A stretch of DNA of 62,270 bases, filler included, from an uncultured bacterium (GTDB lineage: Bacteria > CAYJOG01), in assembly GCA_964371695.1 (NCBI GenBank). It is 7 parts of 7 records of this genome, joined end to end, with 100 filler letters (N's around TTAATTAATTAA, not from the genome) between each part and the next. Parts side by side here need not be neighbours in the genome. Positions count along the whole stretch, not along the records: positions 1 to 8,860 come from CAYJOG010000086.1; positions 8,961 to 17,801 come from CAYJOG010000087.1; 5 more parts are not named here. One strand, 5' to 3'. The translations under genes were made by a program, and so were the position numbers. How positions within the stretch are numbered: position 1 is the first letter of the stretch; each line of letters begins with the position of its first letter. Positions 1 through 9,441 of this stretch are shown here, piece after piece. The notes below the pieces were generated by a model. The model was not told the origin of the DNA and ran no database searches. It saw nothing but the letters and a program-made list of their open reading frames with translations.

Positions 1-93
1 GTGACCTCACGCTGTTCAGTCACGGGCTGCCCTCTCCCTCAGGGAGAGGGCAAGGGTGGCCACCACCGTTCCTTCATCCCACCAGCCACTTGC

Positions 94-186
94 AAAGTTA
101 GCGGCGATGGGCAAGATGCCCGCCCCACTGAAAGAAAACAGAAAAGGGTTTTTGTTTTTGCCACAGGCGAGACGCCCGTGGCTACT
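94..186. repeat. REP doublet with conserved spacer, preceded by an IS4-like MITE end
   Basis: AAAGTTAGCGGCGATG (94-109) abuts GGCAAGATGCC (110-120), the reverse complement of the junction at 48009-48036. Hairpin GCCACAGGCGAGACGCCCGTGGCTAC (160-185) is identical to 32861-32886. The spacer matches 28548-28586 and 28795-28827 in reverse. Confidence 0.8.
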
Positions 187-281
187 GCACCTCACAACCT
201 CCAGTCCCCAGCCCCCAACTTCCAGTATACCCCGCCACCGCTTTGTTTTTCTTTTGGCCCCGGACTATCCTTCCACCGTCC

Positions 282-3200
282 ATGGCTGAGCTGAAAAACT
301 CCCTCCTCCACCGTCTTGCGGCCTGCGCAACGGTGGCCGCGATGGCTTTTTGCCTCACCCCCGGCGGGGTGCGGGCGGGGGTCAAGGTCAAAGCCGGGGT
401 CAAGGTCAAGACCAAGGTGAAGGCGGGCGCCAAAAAAGACAAGACGCCGCCGGTGGCCGGGCGCAACACACAGGTGGAGCTGGATGGTTACCGCACACTG
501 CTTTACACCAGCCTGAGCATGAACGGCAACGAGCCGGGCTTCCGCTCGCAAAACGGCATTTATTTCTCCAAAACCAAGTTGCAGCAAGAGGGTTATCTCA
601 CGCTGCGGGGTCAGCTCAACGAGGGTGTGTATGTAGAAGGCGAACTGGCGGAGCGGGCCTTTGACGACCCCACCTTCCGCCTGTCGGTCAAGGCCAAGGA
701 TTACGTCACCCGCGTGGGCGATTTTGAGCAGCAGTTCGGCAGCGGCCCGCTGTTGTCGTTCACCAAATCCATGCGGGGCATCAGCGTAGAAGGCAACGCC
801 GGGCGCAACTGGAAAATCAGCGGCTTGTTCACCAAACAGAAATCCAAAACCGACCGTCAGGTGTTCAGCGGCCGGGGCATTCGCGGGCCTTATCAACTGG
901 GCAACATCAGCGTGGTGGAGGGCAGCGAAACGGTGCGCCTCAACGGCGTGGTGATTTCGCCCGCCGCCTATGACTTCGATTATTTTCTGGGCGAGATCAC
1001 CTTCCGCGACCCGGTGCAGAGCACCGATCAGTTGGAGATCACCTATGACAGCGCCCTGTTTCTGAGCAGCCACAGCAGCGGGCTTTCGGGCGTGGCCGCC
1101 AACTATGGCAACGACAAGGGCACTGTGAAGGGTTATCTGGCCGGTTACACCGAGGGCGTCAACCCCCTGCGGGCCGACCCGGTGCTCACCGACGCCCGCA
1201 ATTTTTCAGCGGGGAACTTGGTGGCGAACACGCTCAATCTGGGGGCCACGCGCATTCGCCGGGGCAGCGTGGTGCTGGAGCGCATCGAGGCCGCCGGGGG
1301 GTTCACCCTGCTGGTGGAAAACGTGAACTGGACCATGGATTATCCCCGTGGCGTGCTCACGTTTGTGGGCGCGGCAGCGGCGGGCACGAATTATCAAATC
1401 AGCTTTGAGTATTACGACGACAGCCGTGTGCGGCGCGTGCTGGATGAAGAACTCACCGACTCCGGCCAGTCCACTTTTGTGCTGCGCCGCAGCACCATTT
1501 ACAGCGGCACCGAAACGGTGGAGGTGTTTCAGGGCGGCGGTCTGCTGCAAACCCTGCAACCCGGTGTGGATTATGTGATTGACGAGGCCAACAACAGCCT
1601 CATCCTGCTGCGCAACACGGTGTTTCCCGATGCCGCGCTGGACAGGGTGGTGCGTGTGGATTATGAAATCGTGGACACGTCCTCAGACAACACGGGCCGG
1701 GGCAACCGCACCGCCATGTCCGCCGGTGTGCAGTGGGCCCCCGTGAAGGGCCTGATGCTGGGCGTGGACGCCGCCAGCACACGGGGCGACATCGCCCCCA
1801 AAAGCGTGCAGGTCACCGAACTCACCGTGGCCGTGGCCGATGGTGTGACCACCCTGTTCGCCCTGCCCCAGCAGCCGGTGCTGGGCAGCCAGGAGGTGTA
1901 TTTCGACGACACCTTCTCCCCCACCAGCCGCAAGTCCCTGGGCACGGATTACACCCTGGAGCCGGGCGTGGCCGCAGGCACGGGGCAGATCCGTTTTCGC
2001 GTGGCCCCGGTGGCGGGCACGGTCATTCTGGCCAGTTACCGTTATCTGCCCACCCGCCCGGCGGGCGCGCAAAAAGAAGACGGTCAGGCGTGGCAGGTGC
2101 GGGCCACCGGCGATTTCTGGCAAAGCCGCCTGCGTTTTCAGGGGCAGTACCGGGGCAAGGACCGCGCCTTCAGCCCCAACAACCAGCTCAACAATCTGGA
2201 GGACGCCTATCTGGACGCCAGTGTCACCGTGGCCGTGGCCAAGCCGCTGAGCCTGAGCCTGTGGCGCACACAGACCCAGAACCACCTGGACTTCAGCAGC
2301 AGCCACACCCTGGACGTGACCGAAGACACCGCCGAAGCCCGATATGCTCAAGGGCCGGTGCAGGATTTGTACATCAGCACCACGCGCCTGAGCCGCAAGG
2401 CCCCCCTGGCCGCCGGGCGGGTGGACATTGAACGGCGCAAAAACACCCTGGGCCTCACGCTCAAACCCTTTGGCTCGGCCTGGACACTGAACGCGCGGGG
2501 GGAATCCACCCGGCAGAACGACGACACCCGCGCCACCGGCGACCGCGACACGCGGCTGTGGGAGACCGGCGCGGTTTATGACAACGGCGGGCCGTGGCGC
2601 GGCTCGTTCCGCCTGCTGAACAACCGCTATACGGCAGACCCAGCCCCCGGCGCGCCCGCCGGCACACGGCGGCTCACGTTCGACACTTTCAGCCGCGAGT
2701 TCACCACCGGTTACACCAAGGGCATCTGGTCGTTCAACACCGTCTATGACACCCAGCGGCAAAACGATGGCCGCGCCGGGCGCGACTACAACGTGGAGAA
2801 CACCACCGTGAACCTCACCGCCAACCCCAAGGGGGCGCTTGAGCGCGTGAACCTGTTTTTGTATCGGCGCGACCACCCCAGCGGCGACCTGGGCAACACC
2901 CGCACCACCACGGCCACCGGCTCGCTCACATGGCGGCTGGTCAGCAACTGGTTTTTCACCCCCAGCTACACCAGCAACACGGCGGCCCAGGGCGGCCTGG
3001 CGGGTGTGTTGAACACCGAGAATGATGATCAGGCAGGCGCGGCGCTGCTGGAGTTCCGCCCCCAGGCGCAGCAGGGCTTCCGGGCGCGGCTCTCGCTGAG
3101 CCGGGGCGACCGCGACAGCCGCAGCCAGCAGGCGGGCGGCGCGGTGATCACCTCAAAAGGCGACACCGAGCAGGACCTGTTGCGCCTGGATTACACCCGT

Positions 3201-3521
3201 GGCCGTTACAGCGGTGCGATTTCGTGGGACGAAAACCGTCAGGGCCAGAACGCCGGGCCGGACACCCGCACCCGCAACCGGTTTGTAGATCAAACCCTGC
3301 GCCTGGGCCAGCGATTCACGCTTCGGGCGCTCCTCAACCGGCAGGAGACTTTGGGCGCGGGCGGCACACAGCGCGACAAGGCCGTGATGGAACTGCACCA
3401 GCGCCTGAGCAAAACCTATGAAATGAAACTGAGTTACGAATGGCAAAAGAGCGACACCGGCGTGGCGGCCAACGACTATGACGGCAGCGTTGCCCGCGCC
3501 GAGTTACGGGCGAATTTTTAG
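282..3521 (+). CDS. Large exported outer-membrane beta-barrel protein with four internal repeated modules (SprA-like architecture)
   Basis: ~1080-aa ORF with an N-terminal signal peptide (…PGGVRA), many amphipathic beta-strands, C-terminal Phe (ARAELRANF), and four DY-x-(I/L)D/E…G-x-(I/L)-x-F-like modules. Confidence 0.7.
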   Translation: MAELKNSLLHRLAACATVAAMAFCLTPGGVRAGVKVKAGVKVKTKVKAGAKKDKTPPVAGRNTQVELDGYRTLLYTSLSMNGNEPGFRSQNGIYFSKTKLQQEGYLTLRGQLNEGVYVEGELAERAFDDPTFRLSVKAKDYVTRVGDFEQQFGSGPLLSFTKSMRGISVEGNAGRNWKISGLFTKQKSKTDRQVFSGRGIRGPYQLGNISVVEGSETVRLNGVVISPAAYDFDYFLGEITFRDPVQSTDQLEITYDSALFLSSHSSGLSGVAANYGNDKGTVKGYLAGYTEGVNPLRADPVLTDARNFSAGNLVANTLNLGATRIRRGSVVLERIEAAGGFTLLVENVNWTMDYPRGVLTFVGAAAAGTNYQISFEYYDDSRVRRVLDEELTDSGQSTFVLRRSTIYSGTETVEVFQGGGLLQTLQPGVDYVIDEANNSLILLRNTVFPDAALDRVVRVDYEIVDTSSDNTGRGNRTAMSAGVQWAPVKGLMLGVDAASTRGDIAPKSVQVTELTVAVADGVTTLFALPQQPVLGSQEVYFDDTFSPTSRKSLGTDYTLEPGVAAGTGQIRFRVAPVAGTVILASYRYLPTRPAGAQKEDGQAWQVRATGDFWQSRLRFQGQYRGKDRAFSPNNQLNNLEDAYLDASVTVAVAKPLSLSLWRTQTQNHLDFSSSHTLDVTEDTAEARYAQGPVQDLYISTTRLSRKAPLAAGRVDIERRKNTLGLTLKPFGSAWTLNARGESTRQNDDTRATGDRDTRLWETGAVYDNGGPWRGSFRLLNNRYTADPAPGAPAGTRRLTFDTFSREFTTGYTKGIWSFNTVYDTQRQNDGRAGRDYNVENTTVNLTANPKGALERVNLFLYRRDHPSGDLGNTRTTTATGSLTWRLVSNWFFTPSYTSNTAAQGGLAGVLNTENDDQAGAALLEFRPQAQQGFRARLSLSRGDRDSRSQQAGGAVITSKGDTEQDLLRLDYTRGRYSGAISWDENRQGQNAGPDTRTRNRFVDQTLRLGQRFTLRALLNRQETLGAGGTQRDKAVMELHQRLSKTYEMKLSYEWQKSDTGVAANDYDGSVARAELRANF

Positions 3522-4117
3522 TGAGTCTCGTTTTGGCTGCTGTCGTCGCACTGCAGGCGACCCCCCCCGCGGGGGAAAACCCCAAAAAAGGTTGGGGCGT
3601 GGTGACGGTAAAACAGGGGCATGTGCGTGTCCTGCTGCCGGGTAAAAAACTGGTGGAAGAACCCCCGGCGGACGCGCCGATTGGCAACCTGACCTGGATG
3701 GAATACGACATCTTTCACATGCTCACCGCCAACGAGGCAAAAGGTCAGGCGGGGTATGGCGTCATTGTGTTTGAAGGGGGCAAGGTCGAAAAGGCCGCGC
3801 TGCAACAAGACCCTGACGCGCCGCTGCAGGCGTGGTTGGCGTGGTCCAGGGAGAGCATGGGCAAGACGGGCGGCGAACTGCACGAGGACACGGTGACGCG
3901 AGACGGGAAAAAGGGCTTTCGCATGCAGGTCAAAGCCAATGGCCGCGAAAAGGGCAACCGGCAAAAAATGAAAGCCGACATGATCTATGAATTGTTTGCC
4001 TTGCCGGACAAAGGAAAATTTGTGGCGCTCTCCTGCGGGTGGGCCATGCAAAAACCCAAACCCGACATGAACTGTGCGCGGTTTTTGGGATCGGTAAAGT
4101 TTCTGGACAAAAACTGA
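3521..4117 (+). CDS. Hypothetical exported protein
   Basis: 198-aa ORF with a hydrophobic N-terminus; its GTG start overlaps the upstream stop codon, suggesting translational coupling. Confidence 0.65.
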   Translation: MSLVLAAVVALQATPPAGENPKKGWGVVTVKQGHVRVLLPGKKLVEEPPADAPIGNLTWMEYDIFHMLTANEAKGQAGYGVIVFEGGKVEKAALQQDPDAPLQAWLAWSRESMGKTGGELHEDTVTRDGKKGFRMQVKANGREKGNRQKMKADMIYELFALPDKGKFVALSCGWAMQKPKPDMNCARFLGSVKFLDKN

Positions 4118-4138
4118 TGCGCCCCGGTTTTTTTTATG

Positions 4139-4290
4139 CCAATGAGCATTCATGTTGTTTTGAATGTTCATTCGTATTAAGAGAATCAGGGGTTTTTGCT
4201 AATCACGGCGGTGAGGACACCGCCGCTACTCACTTTACCTTGACGCCTATGGCGGGGACGCCTGTGGCTACTGGCCCTACTGCGTCGCGC
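4139..4290. repeat. 36-bp palindromic repeat plus GTAG-type REP hairpins
   Basis: CCAATGAGCATTCATGTTGTTTTGAATGTTCATTCG nearly matches the reverse complement of 60570-60605. CGGCGGTGAGGACACCGCCGCTAC matches the reverse complement of 28618-28641. Confidence 0.75.
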
Positions 4291-4296
4291 CGCAGC

Positions 4297-5427
4297 CTAC
4301 AGAAAAATCACGCCCTCCAGGGCTTTTTGATAGGCCTCGTCGGCGCTGGCTTCGGAGACGTGGGTTTTCCAGTGACGTTCCTCGGCCAGGTCGATGCGGC
4401 GGGGGGTTTCCAGTTGTTCGCCTTCGGCGTCCCACAGAATCTTCACGATGGGGCGGAAGGGTTTGTCTTTGTTGGTGCCGGTGATGCGCCCCACCTCGCC
4501 GGTGGAAAGTTTCACCACCGTGCCGATGGGGAAGATGGCCATGTGGCCCATGAAGGCCTTGAGAATCTGGTCGTCAAACTGGCCCTTCATGCGGGTCATG
4601 ATGAGACGGAGCGCGTCGCTCGGCAGCATGGGCTCGCGGTGTTTGCGGCGGGTGATGAGGGCTTCATACACGTCCACCAGCCCCACGATGCGGCTGAACA
4701 GGTGGATGTCCTCGCTTCCCAGGCCATGGGGATAACCACTTCCGTCCATGCGTTCGTGGTGCTCTTTGGCCACGCGGCGCACTTCTTCGGGGAATCCGGC
4801 GAGGCGCTCAAATCCCAGCGTGGTGTGGCTTTTGACGAGTTTCTCCTGGTCGTCGGTGAGCGGCGCGCTGTGGTTCCAGGTTTCTTCAGGAATCGCCATC
4901 ATGCCGATGTCGTGCAGAAACGCCCCCATGCCCAGCAGGTGCATCTGGTCCTGGTTCAGGTCCAGGTAATTGCCCACCACCAGCGCCAGGGCGCACACGT
5001 TCACGCTTTTGGTGAACAGGATGTTGTCCAGCGTCTTGATCTGCGTGAGGTTCACCAGCAGGTTGCGGTCCTGCGTCATTTTGTCCAGCAGTTCAAACAC
5101 CGATTCACTCACTTCGTTTTCGTGAATTGGGTCGCCCGCGTGCAGGGCCGCCAGCAGGTTTTTGGTGGTGGCCACGGCCCGCTGATGGGTTTCCACAAAA
5201 GCGTCCTGCAACATTTTTTCGCGACGGTCGGCGGCCTCGCTGGTGTCGGGGTGGCTTTCTTCATCCACAAAAACGTGCTCGATGTCCCACACCACCAGTT
5301 TCTGGATGTGCTCGGCGTTCAGCGAAACCCCCGCCTCCACCAATATGCGCCCGTCTTGACTGAACACCGTCTTGGCCAGGCGCATGCCCGGAAAAAGTTC
5401 TTCGATATACAGTCGTTCGACAGCCAT
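4297..5427 (-). CDS. HD-GYP domain cyclic di-GMP phosphodiesterase
   Basis: LHDIG, HHERMDGSGYPHG and VDVYEAL motifs; N-terminal L.PGM.LA domain. Confidence 0.9.
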   Translation of the reverse strand: MAVERLYIEELFPGMRLAKTVFSQDGRILVEAGVSLNAEHIQKLVVWDIEHVFVDEESHPDTSEAADRREKMLQDAFVETHQRAVATTKNLLAALHAGDPIHENEVSESVFELLDKMTQDRNLLVNLTQIKTLDNILFTKSVNVCALALVVGNYLDLNQDQMHLLGMGAFLHDIGMMAIPEETWNHSAPLTDDQEKLVKSHTTLGFERLAGFPEEVRRVAKEHHERMDGSGYPHGLGSEDIHLFSRIVGLVDVYEALITRRKHREPMLPSDALRLIMTRMKGQFDDQILKAFMGHMAIFPIGTVVKLSTGEVGRITGTNKDKPFRPIVKILWDAEGEQLETPRRIDLAEERHWKTHVSEASADEAYQKALEGVIFL

Positions 5428-5636
5428 TGGTCCTCCTGGGTTACCCGTTGGAGCGGCTATTTTAGGCCATCCTTGAACGTGTTAAAGCGCAAACGGCACA
5501 AGTTTTTGGCCGAAAAGCGGTTTGTGTGAACAAATTTTTCCGCAACACAAAAAATGCCCTGGACGTCAGGCCGTTTTTTTCGCCTGTTCATTCCCCCGCT
5601 TGAGTGCCCATCCGTTTGAGCCACTAAACTGGGGCG

Positions 5637-6671
5637 ATGGAAGAAAACCGGGTGCTTTCGCAGTCTCACCAGCGCACCGACGACACGGTGGAAAACCTGC
5701 TGCGCCCCGCCAGCCTGGACGACTACGTGGGCCAGAGCGCCTGGAAGGACAACCTGCGGGTGTTCATTCAGGCGGCCCGCGGGCGCGACGAAGCCATGAG
5801 CCATGTGCTGCTGGACGGCCCCCCCGGCCTGGGCAAAACCACCCTGGCCACCCTGCTGGCGCGGGAACTGGGCGTGAGCATCCGCACCGTCAACGGGCCG
5901 ATGTTTGAGCGGGCCGGAGACCTGGCGGCCATTCTGTGCAACCTCAAACCCCGCGACGTGCTGTTCATCGATGAAATCCACCGCATCAACCGCAAGCTCG
6001 AAGAACACCTCTACAGCGCCATGGAGGATTTTCACCTGGACATCGTGGTGGGGCAGGGTCCGGCGGCCCGCACCATGCGGGTCAAGGTGCCGCCTTTTAC
6101 GCTGGTGGGGGCCACCACGCGGGCCGGTCTCATCACCAGCCCCATGCTGGCGCGCTTCGGCATTCACCACCATTTTGATTTTTACACCGAAGAGGAACTG
6201 GCCCTCATCATTCGGCGCAGCGCCCACCTGCTGAACACACCGCTGGACGAAGACGCCGCCGCCCTGCTGGCCCACCGCTGCCGGGGCACCCCCCGCGTGG
6301 CCAACCGCCTGCTGAGCCGCACGCGGGATTTCGCCCAGGTGCTGGCGGGCGGCGTGATCACCAAAGAACTGGTGCTGGACGCCATGCAGCGCCTGGGGGT
6401 GGACCAGAACGGCCTGGACAACATGGACCGCAAGCTGCTGCGCTGCGTGGTGGAGGTCTACAGCGGCGGGCCGGTGGGCCTGTCTGCGCTGGGGGCCAGC
6501 CTGGGCGAAGAAGAAGACACCTTACAGGATGTGTACGAACCCTTTCTGGTGCGCGAGGGATATCTGGCCCGCTCACCCCGGGGCCGCGTGGCCACACCCA
6601 AAACCTATGACCTGCTGGGCCTGCCCCAGCCCGCCGCCGGGGCGGCCCCGGCGGGTTTGTTCGAAAGCTGA
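5637..6671 (+). CDS. ruvB: Holliday junction branch migration helicase RuvB
   Basis: LRP..L.DYVGQ, GPPGLGKTTLA, FIDEIHR, FTLVGATTRAG and RGTPRVANRLL motifs. Confidence 0.97.
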   Translation: MEENRVLSQSHQRTDDTVENLLRPASLDDYVGQSAWKDNLRVFIQAARGRDEAMSHVLLDGPPGLGKTTLATLLARELGVSIRTVNGPMFERAGDLAAILCNLKPRDVLFIDEIHRINRKLEEHLYSAMEDFHLDIVVGQGPAARTMRVKVPPFTLVGATTRAGLITSPMLARFGIHHHFDFYTEEELALIIRRSAHLLNTPLDEDAAALLAHRCRGTPRVANRLLSRTRDFAQVLAGGVITKELVLDAMQRLGVDQNGLDNMDRKLLRCVVEVYSGGPVGLSALGASLGEEEDTLQDVYEPFLVREGYLARSPRGRVATPKTYDLLGLPQPAAGAAPAGLFES

Positions 6672-6685
6672 GTTAATCTGTCGTC

Positions 6686-7501
6686 ATGGCGAAAAAGAGC
6701 GAAAAAGTAATCCGACAACCGCTGCGGGTGCTGCTGGTGGGCAGCGCCGGGCGCATGGGCGAAGAGGTCATCCGCACACTGGCGCACGAAAAGGACTTGG
6801 TGCTTGCGGGCGCGGTGGACCCGGCCACGGCGGCCAAACCCGCCGCCCCCGGCGTGCTCACCCGCGCCACGGTGGCCGAGGCCCTGGCCAAAGACGGCCC
6901 CTTTGACGTGGCGCTGGACCTCACCAACCCCGAAGCCCTCATGCACAACGCACCGGGCATCATCAAGGCGGGTGTGCCCCTGGTGGTGGGCACCAGCGGC
7001 AACGACGCCCCGCGCCTGAAGCGTCTGCAAAAACTTGTCGCGGGCCACCCCCAATCGGCGGTGTGGGTGGTGCCCAACTTTGCCGTGGGGGCGGTGCTGA
7101 TGATGCGCTTTGCCGAAATGGCCGCCCGCGTGATGCCCCATGTCGAGATTGTGTAATATCACCACGACCGCAAGCAGGACTACCCCAGCGGCACGGCGCT
7201 GGCCACGGCGGGGCGTCTGCTGAAGGCCAACCCCAAGCTGCGCATGGACAGCCCCGACCGCGTGGCCCATCTGGAAGGCGCACGGGGCGGCGCGCTGGGG
7301 AACGTGAAGATCCACGCCGTGCGTCTGCCCGGCTATGTGGCGAGCCAGGAGGTGCTTTTTGGCGGCACCGCCCAGGTGTTGAAAATCCGTCACGACACAC
7401 TGCACCGCGAAGCCTTCATGCCCGGCGTGATGCTGGCCCTGCGCCACGGCGCCACGCTCAGGGGTTTTCACATGGGGCTGGAACTGGCCCTGGGGGTGTG
7501 A
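6686..7501 (+). pseudogene. dapB: 4-hydroxy-tetrahydrodipicolinate reductase interrupted by one in-frame TAA at 7154-7156 (nonsense mutation or sequencing error)
   Basis: GSAGRMG, VVGTSG and PNFAVG, then EIV*YHHDRKQDYPSGTA and HAVRLPG…HDT…FMPGV, all in one frame. Confidence 0.85.
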
Positions 7502-7613
7502 GGGGGGGCTGGTGGGTTGGTCCCCACCACGCTTGAAACCAACGGCGACGAGGGCGTCGCCGTTACTCCGTGAAGGTGATCGCCATGGGCGGGACACCCA
7601 CGCTGTGCCAGCC

Positions 7614-7904
7614 CTACCCGCTTTCCTCCACCAGTCCCATGGCCAGAAGGTCGGTGAGCAACTGGGTGATGTCCTCTTCGATTTGTTCCAGCGGGGCGTC
7701 GAATTCGTCGAACAGGGTGGCGGCGATGGCCTTGCCGGTGTGGCCTTCGCCCAACAGCGTCCAGGCGCGGGAACCGGCCGGGTTGAGGTAGTAATACACG
7801 TCGGCCTGAAGGTCCAGCAGAATGGTTTCGCCCTCCAGTTCGCGGCAGCTCACCCGGTCGGTTTTGGGTTTCAGGTGTTTGTCCAGCATGGTGGCGGTGG
7901 CCAT
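7614..7904 (-). CDS. PqqD family / RiPP recognition element protein
   Basis: 96 aa with the pattern E.ILLDL…YY.LN..G…W.LL…L…FD…..D….L..L…GLVE. Confidence 0.85.
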   Translation of the reverse strand: MATATMLDKHLKPKTDRVSCRELEGETILLDLQADVYYYLNPAGSRAWTLLGEGHTGKAIAATLFDEFDAPLEQIEEDITQLLTDLLAMGLVEESG

Positions 7905-7907
7905 GGC

Positions 7908-8729
7908 TCAGTGGTTTTTGGCCGGTGGTTTGGCGGTGTTTTTGACCGGATTCTTGCGGGCGGCTTCGAAGAGTTTTTTGTAATGCACGAGGTCGGCGGG
8001 CGGGGGTTCCTTGTCGTTCATGCGGGTGTAATTTTCCTTCAGCGTCACGGTCATCATCTGATGGGCGTATTTCACGATTTTTTTCACGTCCTCATCGGGC
8101 AGGTCCAGCACGTCCACCTTTTTGGTCTTGAGGTTGGTGATGGTGACCACGCCGTCTCCAAATCGCGTGTTGGTGAGAAAATCGCTGTTTTTCAGGCGGA
8201 AGCCGTCCAGCCGTTTGATGGCCTTGTTGTCCAGCCCCGCCGCCGAGCCATAGGCGTTGAGCACGCCCCCCAAAAGCACAAAGGCGATGTCAATGTCATC
8301 CGCCGCCAGTTGTTTGCCCACGCCCATCAGGGTGAGCAGCTTGCTGAACAGGCCAAACAGCTTGTTGCTGCTGTAATCGGTGATGTTGTAATAGGTGCTC
8401 ACTGACACGGGTTTGCCGTTTTTCAGCGTGAAGGTGGAGTATTCCGTGGCGGCGTCCTCCCACCGGCGCAGCATGGCGTTGGCCATGGGGGCGAAGCGCA
8501 CCATCAGGCCTGGGCTTACCTTCACCTCGGTGGCCACATATTTCAGCAGGTCCACGGTGTATTGCTCGGGCCGGTGAACGCGTGTGAACGTGACCTTGGT
8601 GGGGGTGGCAGCGTCGGCGGTTGGCACAAGCAGGCTGAGCATAAAGGGGATGACGGCAAAAAACCGGAGAATTGTGTTCACGGGAACAATTGTATCCCCA
8701 GCCATGCCGCGCAGGGAGTTATCGGCCAA
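7908..8729 (-). CDS. Hypothetical secreted protein (start uncertain)
   Basis: Long ORF with a signal-peptide-like segment (FFAVIPFMLSLLVPTADA), directly upstream of the PqqD-like gene. Confidence 0.6.
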   Translation of the reverse strand: MADNSLRGMAGDTIVPVNTILRFFAVIPFMLSLLVPTADAATPTKVTFTRVHRPEQYTVDLLKYVATEVKVSPGLMVRFAPMANAMLRRWEDAATEYSTFTLKNGKPVSVSTYYNITDYSSNKLFGLFSKLLTLMGVGKQLAADDIDIAFVLLGGVLNAYGSAAGLDNKAIKRLDGFRLKNSDFLTNTRFGDGVVTITNLKTKKVDVLDLPDEDVKKIVKYAHQMMTVTLKENYTRMNDKEPPPADLVHYKKLFEAARKNPVKNTAKPPAKNH

Positions 8730-8860
8730 TTGGCAAGCAGGATTTGGTCAGCGCCTGTTTTTTTGAAAACAGGCGCTCGTGGACATAGATGTCCACGCCC
8801 GAAAACCGGAGCTTTGAAAAAGCGCAGGTTTTCGCCACGCCGAAGGGGCTTTGCCCCTGA

Positions 8861-8960
8861 NNNNNNNNNNNNNNNNNNNNNNNNNNNNNNNNNNNNNNNN
8901 NNNNTTAATTAATTAANNNNNNNNNNNNNNNNNNNNNNNNNNNNNNNNNNNNNNNNNNNN
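8861..8960. other. Artificial contig linker
   Basis: N-run, TTAATTAATTAA (stops in all six frames), N-run. Confidence 0.99.
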
Positions 8961-9391
8961 GCTGCGGTTATGGTCTGGCCGAGGCGCCCGGTGTGGGCTT
9001 GGGCGGCCACACCCCCGCCCCCCACACTAAAAAACCACGACCGGTAGCCCACGTGGCAACAACCCGCGCCCTGGGCCTCTACCCGCAGCAGAATGGTGTC
9101 CTGATCGCAGTCGGTGAGCATCTGGATCACCTTTTGCACGTGGCCGCTGGTGGCCCCCTTGTGCCACAGTTCCTGACGGCTGCGGCTGTAATAGACCGCT
9201 TCGCCGATTTCAATGGTCCGGGCCAGGGCTTCGGCGTTCATATAGGCCTGCATGAGCACCTCGCCGGTGTGGGCGTCCACTGTCACCACGGGAATCAGGC
9301 CGTTTGCGTCAAACTTGGGGGCGAATCCCACGCCCTCTTCCACCGCCTCTTTGTTGCTGCGGGGGCTGAACCATTTTTCAACGTTGGACAT
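8961..9391 (-). CDS. hisI: Phosphoribosyl-AMP cyclohydrolase (3' end truncated or low quality)
   Basis: GLIPVV…[35 protein letters not shown] and CH.G.RS motifs. Confidence 0.92.
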
Positions 9392-9441
9392 GTGTGTTCT
9401 CCTCAACCGGTTAACGGTTGCGGGAGTTTAACGCGCCCGGT

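Noticed and set aside
372-425. Repeated GTCAAG units in the barrel gene
   Set aside because: Low-complexity VK-rich coding linker after the signal peptide, not a separate element.
7154-7156. Genome-wide TAA reassignment
   Set aside because: TAA terminates several conserved genes at their expected ends; there is only one internal case.
8961-9045. hisI with Trp in place of the last conserved Cys and an odd tail
   Set aside because: It lies in the last ~80 bp of a contig, where several nearby residues also deviate; probably low-quality sequence.
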